A stretch of 64,000 nucleotides of DNA from a virus (IMGVR_UViG_2814123389_000006:1-64000); one strand, 5' to 3'; numbered from the stretch's first letter, positions 44,163-53,739 are shown. Program-made: numbers and translations. Notes: generated by a model from the letters alone, not told the origin.

Positions 44163-44744
44163 TCACTCGTCCCAGAGTGAGCTGACGAAATCGTGATCGT
44201 CTGCGGCCTGGGCCGCAGCAGTGTTCTTCTTGGCGTTGTCCAGGAATAGCAATGCGTCCACAAGGTCTGTGAATTCGTCAGCACTGTCGAAAAGTTCGTT
44301 CGGATACAGGCGCAACGGGCCACCCATTAGCTCCACAGAGAACCCACGTTGGGTCAGAACGACGTTGAAATTACCTATCTCGCCGTGGAGGAAGTCGGAT
44401 ATGCCATCGCGAACTGCTCCGGCTGATGGACCGTGGTACGTCGCGCCGATTGCATTTGTGCGCGGAGGCCACTCGGGTCGCTGAATTGTTGCTCGCATCC
44501 GCACGAGGACATCGTCCAACGCAGCGGAAAGATTGGTGCGCAGAGATGCGATGCCCTGTGCTCCCAGCTTCCGGGCAATGTGCGGCTGGGACAGCGTGAC
44601 CGATTTGGCGTGGTCTATGAGTCGTGGGCGAATTTCGCGTTCAAGTTTCGAGGCGAGGTCTCGTTTGGCTTCAGCAACTCGATCATGAGCCTGCGTCTCG
44701 ATCGCTCTGCACCGCTCCAGCTCCCGGGCTGTTTTGTCGCTCAT
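44163..44744 (-). CDS. Hypothetical protein (minus-strand)
   Basis: Internal ATG (MSDKTARELERC...) of track ORF 44163..44930 chosen. Opposite orientation to flanking genes. Confidence 0.4.
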   Translation of the reverse strand: MSDKTARELERCRAIETQAHDRVAEAKRDLASKLEREIRPRLIDHAKSVTLSQPHIARKLGAQGIASLRTNLSAALDDVLVRMRATIQRPEWPPRTNAIGATYHGPSAGAVRDGISDFLHGEIGNFNVVLTQRGFSVELMGGPLRLYPNELFDSADEFTDLVDALLFLDNAKKNTAAAQAADDHDFVSSLWDE

Positions 44745-44853
44745 GACCCGCAGCCTAAACGTGCACGGTGACACTGTGGTGGGTCGCAGCATCCGCTGGT
44801 CCGTGTCGCGTGTTACAAATGTGTGCGGGCACTGCTGTGCCTGAAATCGCCTA

Positions 44854-44890
44854 CCGAAACCCTCGTAGCGGGCTGCTACGGGGGTTTTCG
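44854..44890. other. Imperfect 16-bp inverted repeat CCGAAACCCTCGTAGC / GCTACGGGGGTTTTCG in divergent intergenic region
   Basis: 14 of 16 complementary with a 5-nt loop. Lies between minus-strand gene start (44744) and + gene 45111. Confidence 0.35.
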
Positions 44891-45110
44891 TGTTTCTGGC
44901 GGTCGCTTCGCACCGCGGCGTCGGCGTCAACGTCTGGCGGATTTCCAGGCAAAGCTCGCGCGATCCCGCTGCTCCTGCCCCCGCGTGATTCGCCAGTCAG
45001 CCCCGGCCTTGTGCCCGGGCGGTTACCCAGGACCACAACTCCTGTGAACAGGGCGAGCTGCGCGCGGCGCCGCGGTGCGAAGCTCCCGAGCCCCGAGCGG
45101 AGACGAATCC

Positions 45111-45284
45111 ATGGACTTCACCAATGCCCCGCTGCAGCCCCGTGTGCTGCAGTTCCCCCGGCTTACGTCCTGGCCGATGAGCACGGGCGAGCGGCTGCTG
45201 ATGCTGGCGCTCGCGATCCACGCCGCGCGAACCGCGCCGCAGCTCCCGCCCGACCTCGGGTTGTCGAGCTGGTGGGGCGTCTGA
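45111..45284 (+). CDS. Hypothetical small protein
   Basis: ATG 45111 within track ORF 45075..45284. Confidence 0.3.
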   Translation: MDFTNAPLQPRVLQFPRLTSWPMSTGERLLMLALAIHAARTAPQLPPDLGLSSWWGV

Positions 45285-45535
45285 TGGTGGCCCAGTCGGC
45301 CGGCCACCTGACCATCGACGTCCGCGCCGAGGTGAAGGGTGATCTGCTGGCCCCCGAGATCCAGCTCTACGCCGGCGACACCCCGCTCGGGGCGTTCCCC
45401 GTGGACGTGCACGTCAAGGGCCGCACCGTCACCTACCTCACGGCCAACGGTGACGTCGTTGCGACGGCCCAGCTCGACGACCATCTCGCATGCCCGACCT
45501 GCGGTCACGCTCTGAAGGGGAGCGCGGGCCAGTGA
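45284..45535 (+). CDS. Hypothetical protein with C-terminal CPTCGH
   Basis: TGATG coupling. In frame with track ORF 44768..45535. Confidence 0.4.
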   Translation: MVAQSAGHLTIDVRAEVKGDLLAPEIQLYAGDTPLGAFPVDVHVKGRTVTYLTANGDVVATAQLDDHLACPTCGHALKGSAGQ

Positions 45536-45828
45536 CGCCGATCTGGGACGAACTGGTCGACCAGCACGGCGACCCGCTCGACTCCCTGCCCTGGCTGCTG
45601 GCCGACGCGGCCGTGCTGTGTGCGAAGTGGTTGGCCAGCGGCCCGTCGGTCGTGCGACCTCCCGCCCGGGGCTACACGATCGCCGAAGTGGACAGCATGC
45701 GGTGGGCTGGCCAGGCGTCATGGCGGGACCGCTGGGGGCGTCGCGGGCGGTTGGCGTCGGTGGCCGACGCCGTGGCCCCGGTGCTGAAGGACGCCAACCT
45801 GCGAGTGACCATCGGGAGCGCTGTGTGA
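45532..45828 (+). CDS. Hypothetical protein
   Basis: GTGA-coupled. Confidence 0.4.
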   Translation: MTPIWDELVDQHGDPLDSLPWLLADAAVLCAKWLASGPSVVRPPARGYTIAEVDSMRWAGQASWRDRWGRRGRLASVADAVAPVLKDANLRVTIGSAV

Positions 45829-46214
45829 GTACCGACCGCAAGCAGTACCGACGAACCATCCCCGTCGAGCACAGCGCCGATGTGGAGCAGTTGCGGTGGC
45901 TGACGCGGGAATCGTTCGACCAACTCGCGGCCGCCGAGGGACTGCGCATCGAGGAGTACGGCGAAGCCGTCGTTCCGGCCGACCAAATCCCGGCGGCGCT
46001 GGGGGAGCAGTTGCCCTTGGAGGTGTCGGAGTACGAGTGGCGCGAGTTCACCGCGGTAGCCGTCCGCCTCGACCCCGAGCCCGCGGACCCGGTGTGCGGC
46101 TACTGCGGGCACCCGCCCCACCAGGGCGGCGAGTGCACCGGCACCGAGCCGGAGTGGACGGTCCACAAGGACGCCGAGCCGGGCCCCTGCCGCTGCGTCG
46201 GCGACGCTCTGTGA
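45825..46214 (+). CDS. Hypothetical protein with C-terminal Cys cluster
   Basis: GTGA-coupled. CGYCGH...C...C.C. Confidence 0.4.
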   Translation: MSTDRKQYRRTIPVEHSADVEQLRWLTRESFDQLAAAEGLRIEEYGEAVVPADQIPAALGEQLPLEVSEYEWREFTAVAVRLDPEPADPVCGYCGHPPHQGGECTGTEPEWTVHKDAEPGPCRCVGDAL

Positions 46215-46218
46215 CGAC

Positions 46219-46971
46219 ATGACCGACACTCTGCTGCTGCTGTCCGGCGGTATCGACTCGGCCTACTGCCTCTGGCAGCGCGTCCGCGCCGGCCAACCCA
46301 CCCGGGTCCACCACGTGGTGCTGTCCGACTCGGAAGGCCGCGCAGACGTCGAGACCCGAGCTGTCCGCCAGATCCTCGCGTGGATGCACACCAACTACCG
46401 CGCGGAGCGGCTGATCGAATACACCGAATCGGTCGTGGACTTCGGCGACCTCGGCCCGGGGCTCAACCACCACCTGTGGGCGTACTGGGTCGGCGCCATC
46501 CTCGCGGAACCGCAAGGCCGCGACTACCGGTTCGTTGTCATCCCGAGGCATTCGGACGCATTCCACGACGGGGACGTCGATGGGCCGGCCGCCGAAGCTT
46601 CGGACGCGGCGTATCTGGGGCACATCGAGCTGATGGCGCCCGGACGGGTGCCGACGCTGACCTACCCGATCAAGCACCGCACCAAGGCGCAGATCATCGC
46701 GGCCATGCCACCGGATCTGCTCACGTGCTGCTGGTGGTGCCGACGCCCAGAGCCCGGCCCGTCGCCCTGCCACGAGTGCTACACGTGCCGCCTCGTCGAT
46801 CCAGCGCTCACAGCCAAACCCACCGAGGTGGTGCGTCTGCAGCAGTGGGGAAGCGACGACCCCGTGTGGATGAACGCCACCCCCACCTACGGCCTGGAGG
46901 GCGAGTTCCTCACGGCCTACCTGAACGAATGGACGGAGACCAGCCATGGGCAACAAGCTGACCCGCGTTGA
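46219..46971 (+). CDS. queC: QueC-like PP-loop ATPase (7-cyano-7-deazaguanine synthase family)
   Basis: PP-loop LLLSGGIDSAYC at the N-terminus. C-terminal zinc cluster CCWWC...CHECYTCRL. Confidence 0.55.
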   Translation: MTDTLLLLSGGIDSAYCLWQRVRAGQPTRVHHVVLSDSEGRADVETRAVRQILAWMHTNYRAERLIEYTESVVDFGDLGPGLNHHLWAYWVGAILAEPQGRDYRFVVIPRHSDAFHDGDVDGPAAEASDAAYLGHIELMAPGRVPTLTYPIKHRTKAQIIAAMPPDLLTCCWWCRRPEPGPSPCHECYTCRLVDPALTAKPTEVVRLQQWGSDDPVWMNATPTYGLEGEFLTAYLNEWTETSHGQQADPR

Positions 46972-47545
46972 GGTGCGTATCGATGACCGCATCCACTACT
47001 CGCAGGACGTGGAATCGGTGGACCTGACGCACGCCGAGGGCGTCCTGTCGCTCGTGGCCCGGGCTCCCGGCTGCGCTGCCCTCATGGCGGAGGACAACCC
47101 GCTGCTGCCGCCGACCCCGATCCCGGGAGCGCCGGACGAGGACCTGACCGATGAGCCTCCCGCTGACCAGCCGCCCGTGCTCGAGCGGGTGCACACCGGC
47201 GAGGAGTACTCCAAGCTCGCCGAGCAGCCTCCGGCCGGCCGCGGTCGCGGCAAGAAGGCGAAGGCCACCACCGAGAGCGATCTGCCGCCCGGCGCGGTCG
47301 ATGTCACCGACCTGGTGTTCGGCGACGGCGAGCTCCCGCAGGCCACCGTCACGGTCGACGGGGTGGAGATCCCGGGCCAGATCGGCTACAGGCCCGACGG
47401 CGCCCCCGAAGGGCAGGTCGTGCACCTGCCCACCGGAACCGTCATGGACGGCGTGGTCCTGAACCTGCAGCCCGACACCATTGCGGATCTCATCACCGAG
47501 ACCACCAGCCCGGTCGATGACGAGTCGGAGAGCACCGAAGCCTGA
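46946..47545 (+). CDS. Hypothetical protein
   Basis: Track ORF. Overlaps queC 3' end by 26 nt. Confidence 0.4.
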   Translation: MGNKLTRVEVRIDDRIHYSQDVESVDLTHAEGVLSLVARAPGCAALMAEDNPLLPPTPIPGAPDEDLTDEPPADQPPVLERVHTGEEYSKLAEQPPAGRGRGKKAKATTESDLPPGAVDVTDLVFGDGELPQATVTVDGVEIPGQIGYRPDGAPEGQVVHLPTGTVMDGVVLNLQPDTIADLITETTSPVDDESESTEA

Positions 47546-48024
47546 TGGCCACGCTGGAGTACTTCACCGTCTCCTACGACGCCAAGGGCGTAACCCGTGA
47601 CGGGCAAGACGAGGACATGCTGCCCGACACCCCGCCCATGTCGTGCAACGTCGAGTTCGTCTACCGCGTGCCACCGGGCTTCGCGTTCCGCGCCTCCACC
47701 TTGGACCCCCGGCCCACCGACCTCGGGTTCGGGGGTTTCGTCGCCCGTGTCGACGAGGGCCGCCTCAAGCACCTCAACGGCAACGTCGACTACACGCTGC
47801 CTGCCAACACCGCGGTGCTCGAATGGCCAGCCGACCTGTACATCGACGTCGTGTTCACCAACGTCGTCTACTCACGGGCACGCCGAGCGTGGAACAACTT
47901 CGCCTTCAAGTGCCCAACCGTCGGCTCGGCCACGGTCAACCTCACCACCGTGGAGCGCCACCCGTACGTGCCGGTCGAGCGGTACAACGATTGGTTCCAG
48001 CGCAACCCCGTACCGACGCCTTGA
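47545..48024 (+). CDS. Hypothetical protein
   Basis: TGATG-coupled track ORF. Confidence 0.45.
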   Translation: MATLEYFTVSYDAKGVTRDGQDEDMLPDTPPMSCNVEFVYRVPPGFAFRASTLDPRPTDLGFGGFVARVDEGRLKHLNGNVDYTLPANTAVLEWPADLYIDVVFTNVVYSRARRAWNNFAFKCPTVGSATVNLTTVERHPYVPVERYNDWFQRNPVPTP

Positions 48025-48317
48025 GCACCGCCACGTTCCGCCGCGACGATCACCACTACCGCGACCTCAAGGCCGAGTTCCGAGACGAGTGCGACAACCA
48101 CCAGCGCCCGTGCTGGCTGTGCAACCTTCCGATCAACTACAGCCTCGAGCACCCGCACCCCGAATCGTTCAGCGTCGACCACGCCAAGACCGTCAAGGAG
48201 CATCCCGAGCTCGGCGACGACCCCCTGAACTTCCGGCCATCCCACCTGGTGTGCAACCAGCGCCGCGGCGACGAGGACCCGCACATCGACATCGGGGAGC
48301 CCAGCGAGGCCTGGTGA
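48021..48317 (+). CDS. HNH endonuclease (packaging-associated position)
   Basis: HNH motif SVDHAKTVKEHPELGDDPLNFRPSHLVCNQRRG plus CWLC. TTGA-coupled start. Sits immediately before the GC-rich noncoding region and terminase genes. Confidence 0.6.
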   Translation: MSTATFRRDDHHYRDLKAEFRDECDNHQRPCWLCNLPINYSLEHPHPESFSVDHAKTVKEHPELGDDPLNFRPSHLVCNQRRGDEDPHIDIGEPSEAW

Positions 48318-48630
48318 GCCCGCGTCGGGGGCCGAGCCGCCCAGCGCGCCGCTCCCGAATCCTGCACCGCCACCCCAAACCAGCCCAACGCCCGCGACAC
48401 GAGGGCACACGGGGGCACACAGGGCCCCGGACGGCCCCCTGCCCGGGCCACCCCAGGAGGGGGGCGGGTCGAAAGTTCGGCGGCCGACCCCGGCCCCGAG
48501 CCGCCGGCAAGGAGGCATCCCCCTCCGAAAGAAGTGAACAAACGCCTCGAGAGGTCCGGTCCCCTGACCTGCGGATATGCGGGTCGGCCGCCCGGGTCGG
48601 CCTCGAGCACTTCTGAGAGGCGGTGATCGC
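48318..48630. other. GC-rich noncoding region, candidate cos/packaging site
   Basis: About 310 bp without a credible ORF. Lies between the HNH endonuclease and terminase genes. GGGCACAC repeats and GC palindromes (GGGCCCCGG...CCGGGCC). Confidence 0.3.
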
Positions 48631-48918
48631 GTGAGGCGTCCGGGTGTGGTGGTCGCTGAGACCACGAAGAAGGCCGATCAGCTCCGCGAGGCGCTGGGGC
48701 TCCGCGACTGGGTGATCTTGTCGCCGCGGACCGCCCACGTGTCGATGCGCGGCGTCGAGTGCGAGCCCCGCTGTGTGACCGATGACCCGGCCTGCCTGAC
48801 CCCGATGGTGCGGCTGGCGGTGGAGACGTCGGCGGCGGCCTGGCGCCGGCCCGTGCGGTTCTACGCCATCAACTCGGTTGCCGACGCGGCGGCCGCCCCT
48901 GGACAACCCACCTCATAG
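48631..48918 (+). CDS. Hypothetical protein
   Basis: GTG 48631 within track ORF 48577..48918. Confidence 0.35.
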   Translation: MRRPGVVVAETTKKADQLREALGLRDWVILSPRTAHVSMRGVECEPRCVTDDPACLTPMVRLAVETSAAAWRRPVRFYAINSVADAAAAPGQPTS

Positions 48919-48926
48919 GAGACGCC

Positions 48927-50237
48927 GTGACGAAGCCGCAGACGATCGGGCACGCCGGACGGATGGCTGTCGGTGAGCTGACGCCGTTCGCCGGCAACCC
49001 GCGCCGCGGCAACGTCGATGTGATCGCGCAGTCGCTCGCGGCGTCAGGACAGTACCGGCCGATCGTGGTCAACGAGGGAACACTGACCGGTCGGCCGTCG
49101 GAGGTGCTGGCCGGCAACCACACTCTGCACGCCGCGCGGAAGCTGGGATGGGCCGAGATCGATGTGTGGCTGGTCGACGTCGACGACGAGACGGCCAAGC
49201 GGATCGTCGCGGCCGATAACCGGACCGCGGACCTGGGCGATTACGACGCCGCGGACCTGTTCCGGCTGCTCGATTCGCTCGACGATCTCGACGGCACGGG
49301 CTACAGCGACGTCGAGCTGGAGCGGATGCGCCGGGATCTGATGCCCGACGAACCGCTCACCGACCCCGACGATGTGCCCGACAAACCGGAGGACCCGATC
49401 TCCGAGGTGGGGCAGGTCTGGCAGCTCGGTGACCACCGGCTGCTGGTCGGCGATTCGACCAACGCAGACATGGTGCTGGCGAAGCTGTTCGGCGACGAGC
49501 GCGCCGACTGCGTGTGGACCGACCCGCCCTACGGCGTCGACTACGTCGGCAAGACGAAGGACGCGCTGACGATCCGCAACGACGGTGCCGCGGGTCTGCA
49601 GGACCTACTCGGGGCGGCGTTCCCGGTGGTGGCCGCGGTGTGCCGCCCGGGTGCCCCGGTGTACGTGGCGCACGCCGATACCGAGCGGGTGACGTTCGAG
49701 ACGGCCATGCGGGCCGCCGGTCTGCTGGTCCGGCAGAACCTCGTGTGGGTCAAGAACACGATGGTGATGGGCCGGTCGGACTACCACTACCAGCACGAGC
49801 CGATCCTGCAGGCGGAAGCGCCCGGCGAGGAGCCCGAGGACGACGCGGGCCCTGAGCACGAGCCGATTCTGTACGGCTTCACCGCCGGCGGGCAGGGCCG
49901 ACTGGGTCGGGGCGGGCCGCGGTGGTTCGGCGACAACAAGCAGACCACCGTGTTCGCCTACAAGAAGCCTGCCCGCAACGGCCAGCACCCGACGATGAAG
50001 CCAGTCGGTCTGATCGCGGCCATGCTGGCCAACTCATGCCCGCCGCGGGGCCTCGTGTTCGACCCGTTCTCCGGCTCGGGTAGCACTCTGATTGCCGCGC
50101 ATGGCCGCGGTGCCCAGGCGCGGTGCGTCGAGCTGGATCCGCGCTACGCGGATGTGATCATCCGCCGGTTCGAAGAGCACACCGGGATCGTGCCGTCGCT
50201 GGACGGCCGCGAGATCAGCTTCGTGGGTGTGGTGTGA
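48927..50237 (+). CDS. ParB-nuclease-domain / DNA methyltransferase fusion (N6A/N4C MTase)
   Basis: N-terminal ParB-like (GNPRRGNVDVIAQSL...GNHTLHAARKLG). MTase motif DPPY (WTDPPYGVDY). HPTMKP. Confidence 0.75.
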   Translation: MTKPQTIGHAGRMAVGELTPFAGNPRRGNVDVIAQSLAASGQYRPIVVNEGTLTGRPSEVLAGNHTLHAARKLGWAEIDVWLVDVDDETAKRIVAADNRTADLGDYDAADLFRLLDSLDDLDGTGYSDVELERMRRDLMPDEPLTDPDDVPDKPEDPISEVGQVWQLGDHRLLVGDSTNADMVLAKLFGDERADCVWTDPPYGVDYVGKTKDALTIRNDGAAGLQDLLGAAFPVVAAVCRPGAPVYVAHADTERVTFETAMRAAGLLVRQNLVWVKNTMVMGRSDYHYQHEPILQAEAPGEEPEDDAGPEHEPILYGFTAGGQGRLGRGGPRWFGDNKQTTVFAYKKPARNGQHPTMKPVGLIAAMLANSCPPRGLVFDPFSGSGSTLIAAHGRGAQARCVELDPRYADVIIRRFEEHTGIVPSLDGREISFVGVV

Positions 50238-50695
50238 CGGATAGGCCGACGCCGACGCGGGCCGAACGCGCGAAGCGCGACGCCCGGGTGCTGCAGATGT
50301 ACATCGCCGGCGCGACGTACCGCGATATCGGCGAGCGGCTCGCGATGAGCCACACCAACGTCGACAAGGTCATCCGCCGCGAGATGGCGAAGGCGGCGAA
50401 GCGTCGCGACCTGTTGGCCGACCAGGCGCTCGCCACGTTCGTGGAGCGGACTGAGGCGATCTTCAAGGCCCACTTCCCGAACGCCCTGCGTGGTGACTAC
50501 AAGGCGTCGGTCATCTGCGACCGGATCCTGGCCCGTCAAGCGCGCCTCTACGGGCTGACCGACGGGGGTGGTGCGGCGACCGTGATGGGCCCGGACGACG
50601 AGGACACGGATCCGACGCTGCTCGGTGGCGGCGAGGACAAAGAGGACGTGACCCGGCTTGACGAGTGGCGTCGCAGAAGCTCCACCGGAACTTAA
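50234..50695 (+). CDS. Terminase small subunit candidate (HTH, sigma-70 region-4-like)
   Basis: GTG 50234 (GTGTGA overlap). HTH YIAGATYRDIGERLAMSHTNVDKVIRR. Directly upstream of TerL. Confidence 0.5.
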   Translation: MTDRPTPTRAERAKRDARVLQMYIAGATYRDIGERLAMSHTNVDKVIRREMAKAAKRRDLLADQALATFVERTEAIFKAHFPNALRGDYKASVICDRILARQARLYGLTDGGGAATVMGPDDEDTDPTLLGGGEDKEDVTRLDEWRRRSSTGT

Positions 50696-52274
50696 GGGCC
50701 ACACCAAGCCGCGGCTATTCACGCCGCCGCTGGAGGCCAACTGCGACACGTCGCGCGAGGACGGCTGCCCCTGTGGCTGTGGCCTAAACCCCGACACGTC
50801 GTGGGGTTTCGACTGCTGCCTGTTCCTGGAATTCGTTCTCGGCTGGGAACTGGTGCCCTATCAGCGGTGGCTGTATATCCACGCGCTCGAAAAAGGCCGC
50901 GGCGGTAAAGGATTCCGATACCGCACCGTCGTTATTCTCATTGCCCGCCAGAACGGAAAGACGAAATGGCTTCGCGGCCTGGGACTTTGGCGCCTGTACA
51001 TCAACAGGAAGGGCGTCATACCGACCCTGAGCAGCAAGCCGGCAGCCAAGACGGTTGTGATCGCGGCGCAAGGCCTCGAATACGCGGAATCGACACTCGG
51101 CGAGGTCGTCGAGGACGTCAAGGAATGCCCGGCGCTGTTCACCGAGTTTGTCCGGCACTCGCAGACCAACGGCAAGCACCGGATGATCCTGACCAACCGG
51201 CGGTCGTGGCGGGCAACCGCGGCGAACCGCCGAGCCTGCCGTGGTTGGTCGGTCGACCTCGCCGAACTCGACGAGTTGCGCGAGCACCACGACTGGCTGG
51301 CATGGGACGCCATCGTGCCTACCACCACGTCGCGCCGCTACTCGATGACCGTCGCGGCGTCGAACGCGGGGGACAAGCGGTCGGTGGTGCTGAGGTCCCT
51401 GCGCGACGAGGCCATCTCCCGAATCCTCGGGATGAACACCGAGGACACCTCGACCGGCCTGTTCGAGTGGTCCGCGCCAGACGACGTGCACCACATGGAT
51501 CGCCGGTACTGGCCGATGGCCAACCCGGCGCTCGGATTCCTTCCAGGCCACGACGAGGAAGGCCTGGCGGCGAAGGCGGAGGCCAAGGCCTCCGACGTGC
51601 CCGGGTTCAAGACCGAGCACCTGTGCCAGTGGGTCGACACCCTGACGCCCGGCATCATCCCGGCCGGCGACTGGCGCGACACCATAGACCCGGGGTCCTG
51701 CCGATATGAGGGGGCGCCCGTGTTCGCCGCCGTGGACGTCAACTTCGAACGAACCAAGGCCTACATCGCGATCGCATCCCGACGAACCGACGGTCTGCTG
51801 CACGTCGAGGTCGTCGCCGCCCAGCGCGGTCTCGACTGGGTGGTCCCTTGGTTCAAAGAGCCCACCCGCGCCGGGAAGTTCGTAGCCGTCGCGGTCCAAG
51901 CCCGCGGCGCACCCGTGTCCGACCTGATCGACCCGCTGCGGCAGGCGGGACTGACCGTGATGGAAATCGGCGGCGCTGACCTGACCCGCGGTTGCGGCGG
52001 TGTGCTGTTCGACGGCATCCGCAACCACAGCATCTGGCACCGGCCGCAACCCGCCCTCGACACGGCGGCGGCCAGCGCACCCGCTCGAAGCATGGGCGGC
52101 GACACCTGGGTGCTCGACCGCAAGAACTCACCTGTGGACGCGTCACCGCTCGTGGCGTGTGCCGCCGCGGCGTGGGCAGAGTCCGAGGGCCCGCCGCAGC
52201 CCGAGAAGGTGCCCGACGTTCACGAGTGGCCTGACGAAGAGGAGATGGCGCAGTGGGAGAAAGAGGAGTTTTGA
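50658..52274 (+). CDS. Terminase large subunit
   Basis: Walker A VVILIARQNGKTKW. C-terminal nuclease-like domain. Start uncertain (TTG 50658). Confidence 0.8.
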   Translation: MTSGVAEAPPELKGHTKPRLFTPPLEANCDTSREDGCPCGCGLNPDTSWGFDCCLFLEFVLGWELVPYQRWLYIHALEKGRGGKGFRYRTVVILIARQNGKTKWLRGLGLWRLYINRKGVIPTLSSKPAAKTVVIAAQGLEYAESTLGEVVEDVKECPALFTEFVRHSQTNGKHRMILTNRRSWRATAANRRACRGWSVDLAELDELREHHDWLAWDAIVPTTTSRRYSMTVAASNAGDKRSVVLRSLRDEAISRILGMNTEDTSTGLFEWSAPDDVHHMDRRYWPMANPALGFLPGHDEEGLAAKAEAKASDVPGFKTEHLCQWVDTLTPGIIPAGDWRDTIDPGSCRYEGAPVFAAVDVNFERTKAYIAIASRRTDGLLHVEVVAAQRGLDWVVPWFKEPTRAGKFVAVAVQARGAPVSDLIDPLRQAGLTVMEIGGADLTRGCGGVLFDGIRNHSIWHRPQPALDTAAASAPARSMGGDTWVLDRKNSPVDASPLVACAAAAWAESEGPPQPEKVPDVHEWPDEEEMAQWEKEEF

Positions 52275-52315
52275 GGCAATTCGCCTCGGCCTGCGCCGAA
52301 TTGGGCGGTCTGACG

Positions 52316-52471
52316 ATGGTGAATGTGGGGTTCTGGCAGATCCACACGGTAGCCGGGCTGTTCGCGACCGGACTGAGTTTTATTCTGGTCGGACTGGCCG
52401 TCGACCCGCCTCGCAAGCAGCAGCCGCGGACCAGCGGCGGCCGCGTCCTCGGACTGGTTGAGGGCTCGTGA
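52316..52471 (+). CDS. Possible small membrane protein
   Basis: MVNVGFWQIHTVAGLFATGLSFILVGLAV. Within track ORF 52253..52471. Confidence 0.25.
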   Translation: MVNVGFWQIHTVAGLFATGLSFILVGLAVDPPRKQQPRTSGGRVLGLVEGS

Positions 52472-53739
52472 GTTTCCTCGCCCGCGCGTTCGGTGCTGGG
52501 GGTGTCGAGCTGGAACCCCGGGCAATCACGTCGTCGCACTTGGTGCCCACCATCGCCGAGGACGCGGTGTTGCAGGGAACCGCGCCCGGCAAGGCGATGT
52601 CGCTGACCGCGTTCAACGCGTGCGTGTGTCTGCTCGCGGATTCTGTTGCGGGGCTGTCGGGTTCGGCCTACCGCAAGAAAGTTGCGGCGCGTGAGCTGCT
52701 GGATCCGCAGCCGACCCTGTTCAACGAGAATTCCCCGTACCCGGACACCACGTGGTTCGAGTGGATCTGGATGGTCATGGAGTCGCTGGCGGTCACCGGC
52801 AACGCCGCGACATTGGTGACGGCGCGTGACAAGTACGACCGGGCAACAGCGCTGATGCCGTTGCACCCCGACATTCTGACTGTCGACATTCCCAAGCGGA
52901 CCAAGTGGCCCGAGCCGGTGTTCCGCATCGATGGAACGAAGGTCCCGGCCGGGGACGTCGTGATCTTCCGCCGCTACCCGGTGGCCGGTTCAGTGTTCGG
53001 AATGAGCCCGGTCGAAAAGGCTGCGGCTGCTATCGGTTTGGGACTGGCCGCTGAGCGTTACGGCCTGTCGTACTTCAAGGACTCCGCCAACCCGTCGAGC
53101 GTTCTGGAAACCGACCAGACCCTTGACGCGGAGGCCTCCCGCGCGGTGATGAAGCGATGGATTGCCAGCCACCAAGGCCGCCGACACCCGGCGATCCTGT
53201 CGGGCGGGTTGAAGTGGAAGCCCATTGCGATCGCGCCGAACGAGGCGCAGTTCCTCGAAACACGGCAGTTCCAGCGCAGCGAGATCGCGATGCTGTTCCG
53301 CGTACCTCCCCACATGATCGGCGACACCACCAAAACCACCAGTTGGGGGACCGGCATCGAGCAGATGTCGATCGGGTTCCTCAAGTTCACGCTCAAGCCG
53401 TGGCTGACCTGCATCGAGCAGATCCTGTCCAAGCAGCTACCGCGCGGCCAGTTCTTCAAGTTCAACATCGACGGTCTGCTCCGCGGGGACGTCAAGTCCC
53501 GTTGGGAGGCATACCGGTTGGGCCGCGAGACCGGCGCATACAGCGTGAACGACATTCTCGCGATGGAGGACCGCCCACCGATCGGGCCGGAAGGCGATAT
53601 CCGCCTGCAGCCCATGAATTTCGCCCCGTTGGGTTACGAGCCCACCGGTGATGAACCCGCCCCAGACCCCGAGCCGGAACCCGAGCCCGAGGACGACGAC
53701 CCTGCCGACGGCGAGGACGAGGAGGACGACGATCAATGA
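52468..53739 (+). CDS. Portal protein (HK97-like)
   Basis: Portal family features. Acidic C-terminus. GTGA-type coupling. Confidence 0.8.
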   Translation: MSFLARAFGAGGVELEPRAITSSHLVPTIAEDAVLQGTAPGKAMSLTAFNACVCLLADSVAGLSGSAYRKKVAARELLDPQPTLFNENSPYPDTTWFEWIWMVMESLAVTGNAATLVTARDKYDRATALMPLHPDILTVDIPKRTKWPEPVFRIDGTKVPAGDVVIFRRYPVAGSVFGMSPVEKAAAAIGLGLAAERYGLSYFKDSANPSSVLETDQTLDAEASRAVMKRWIASHQGRRHPAILSGGLKWKPIAIAPNEAQFLETRQFQRSEIAMLFRVPPHMIGDTTKTTSWGTGIEQMSIGFLKFTLKPWLTCIEQILSKQLPRGQFFKFNIDGLLRGDVKSRWEAYRLGRETGAYSVNDILAMEDRPPIGPEGDIRLQPMNFAPLGYEPTGDEPAPDPEPEPEPEDDDPADGEDEEDDDQ

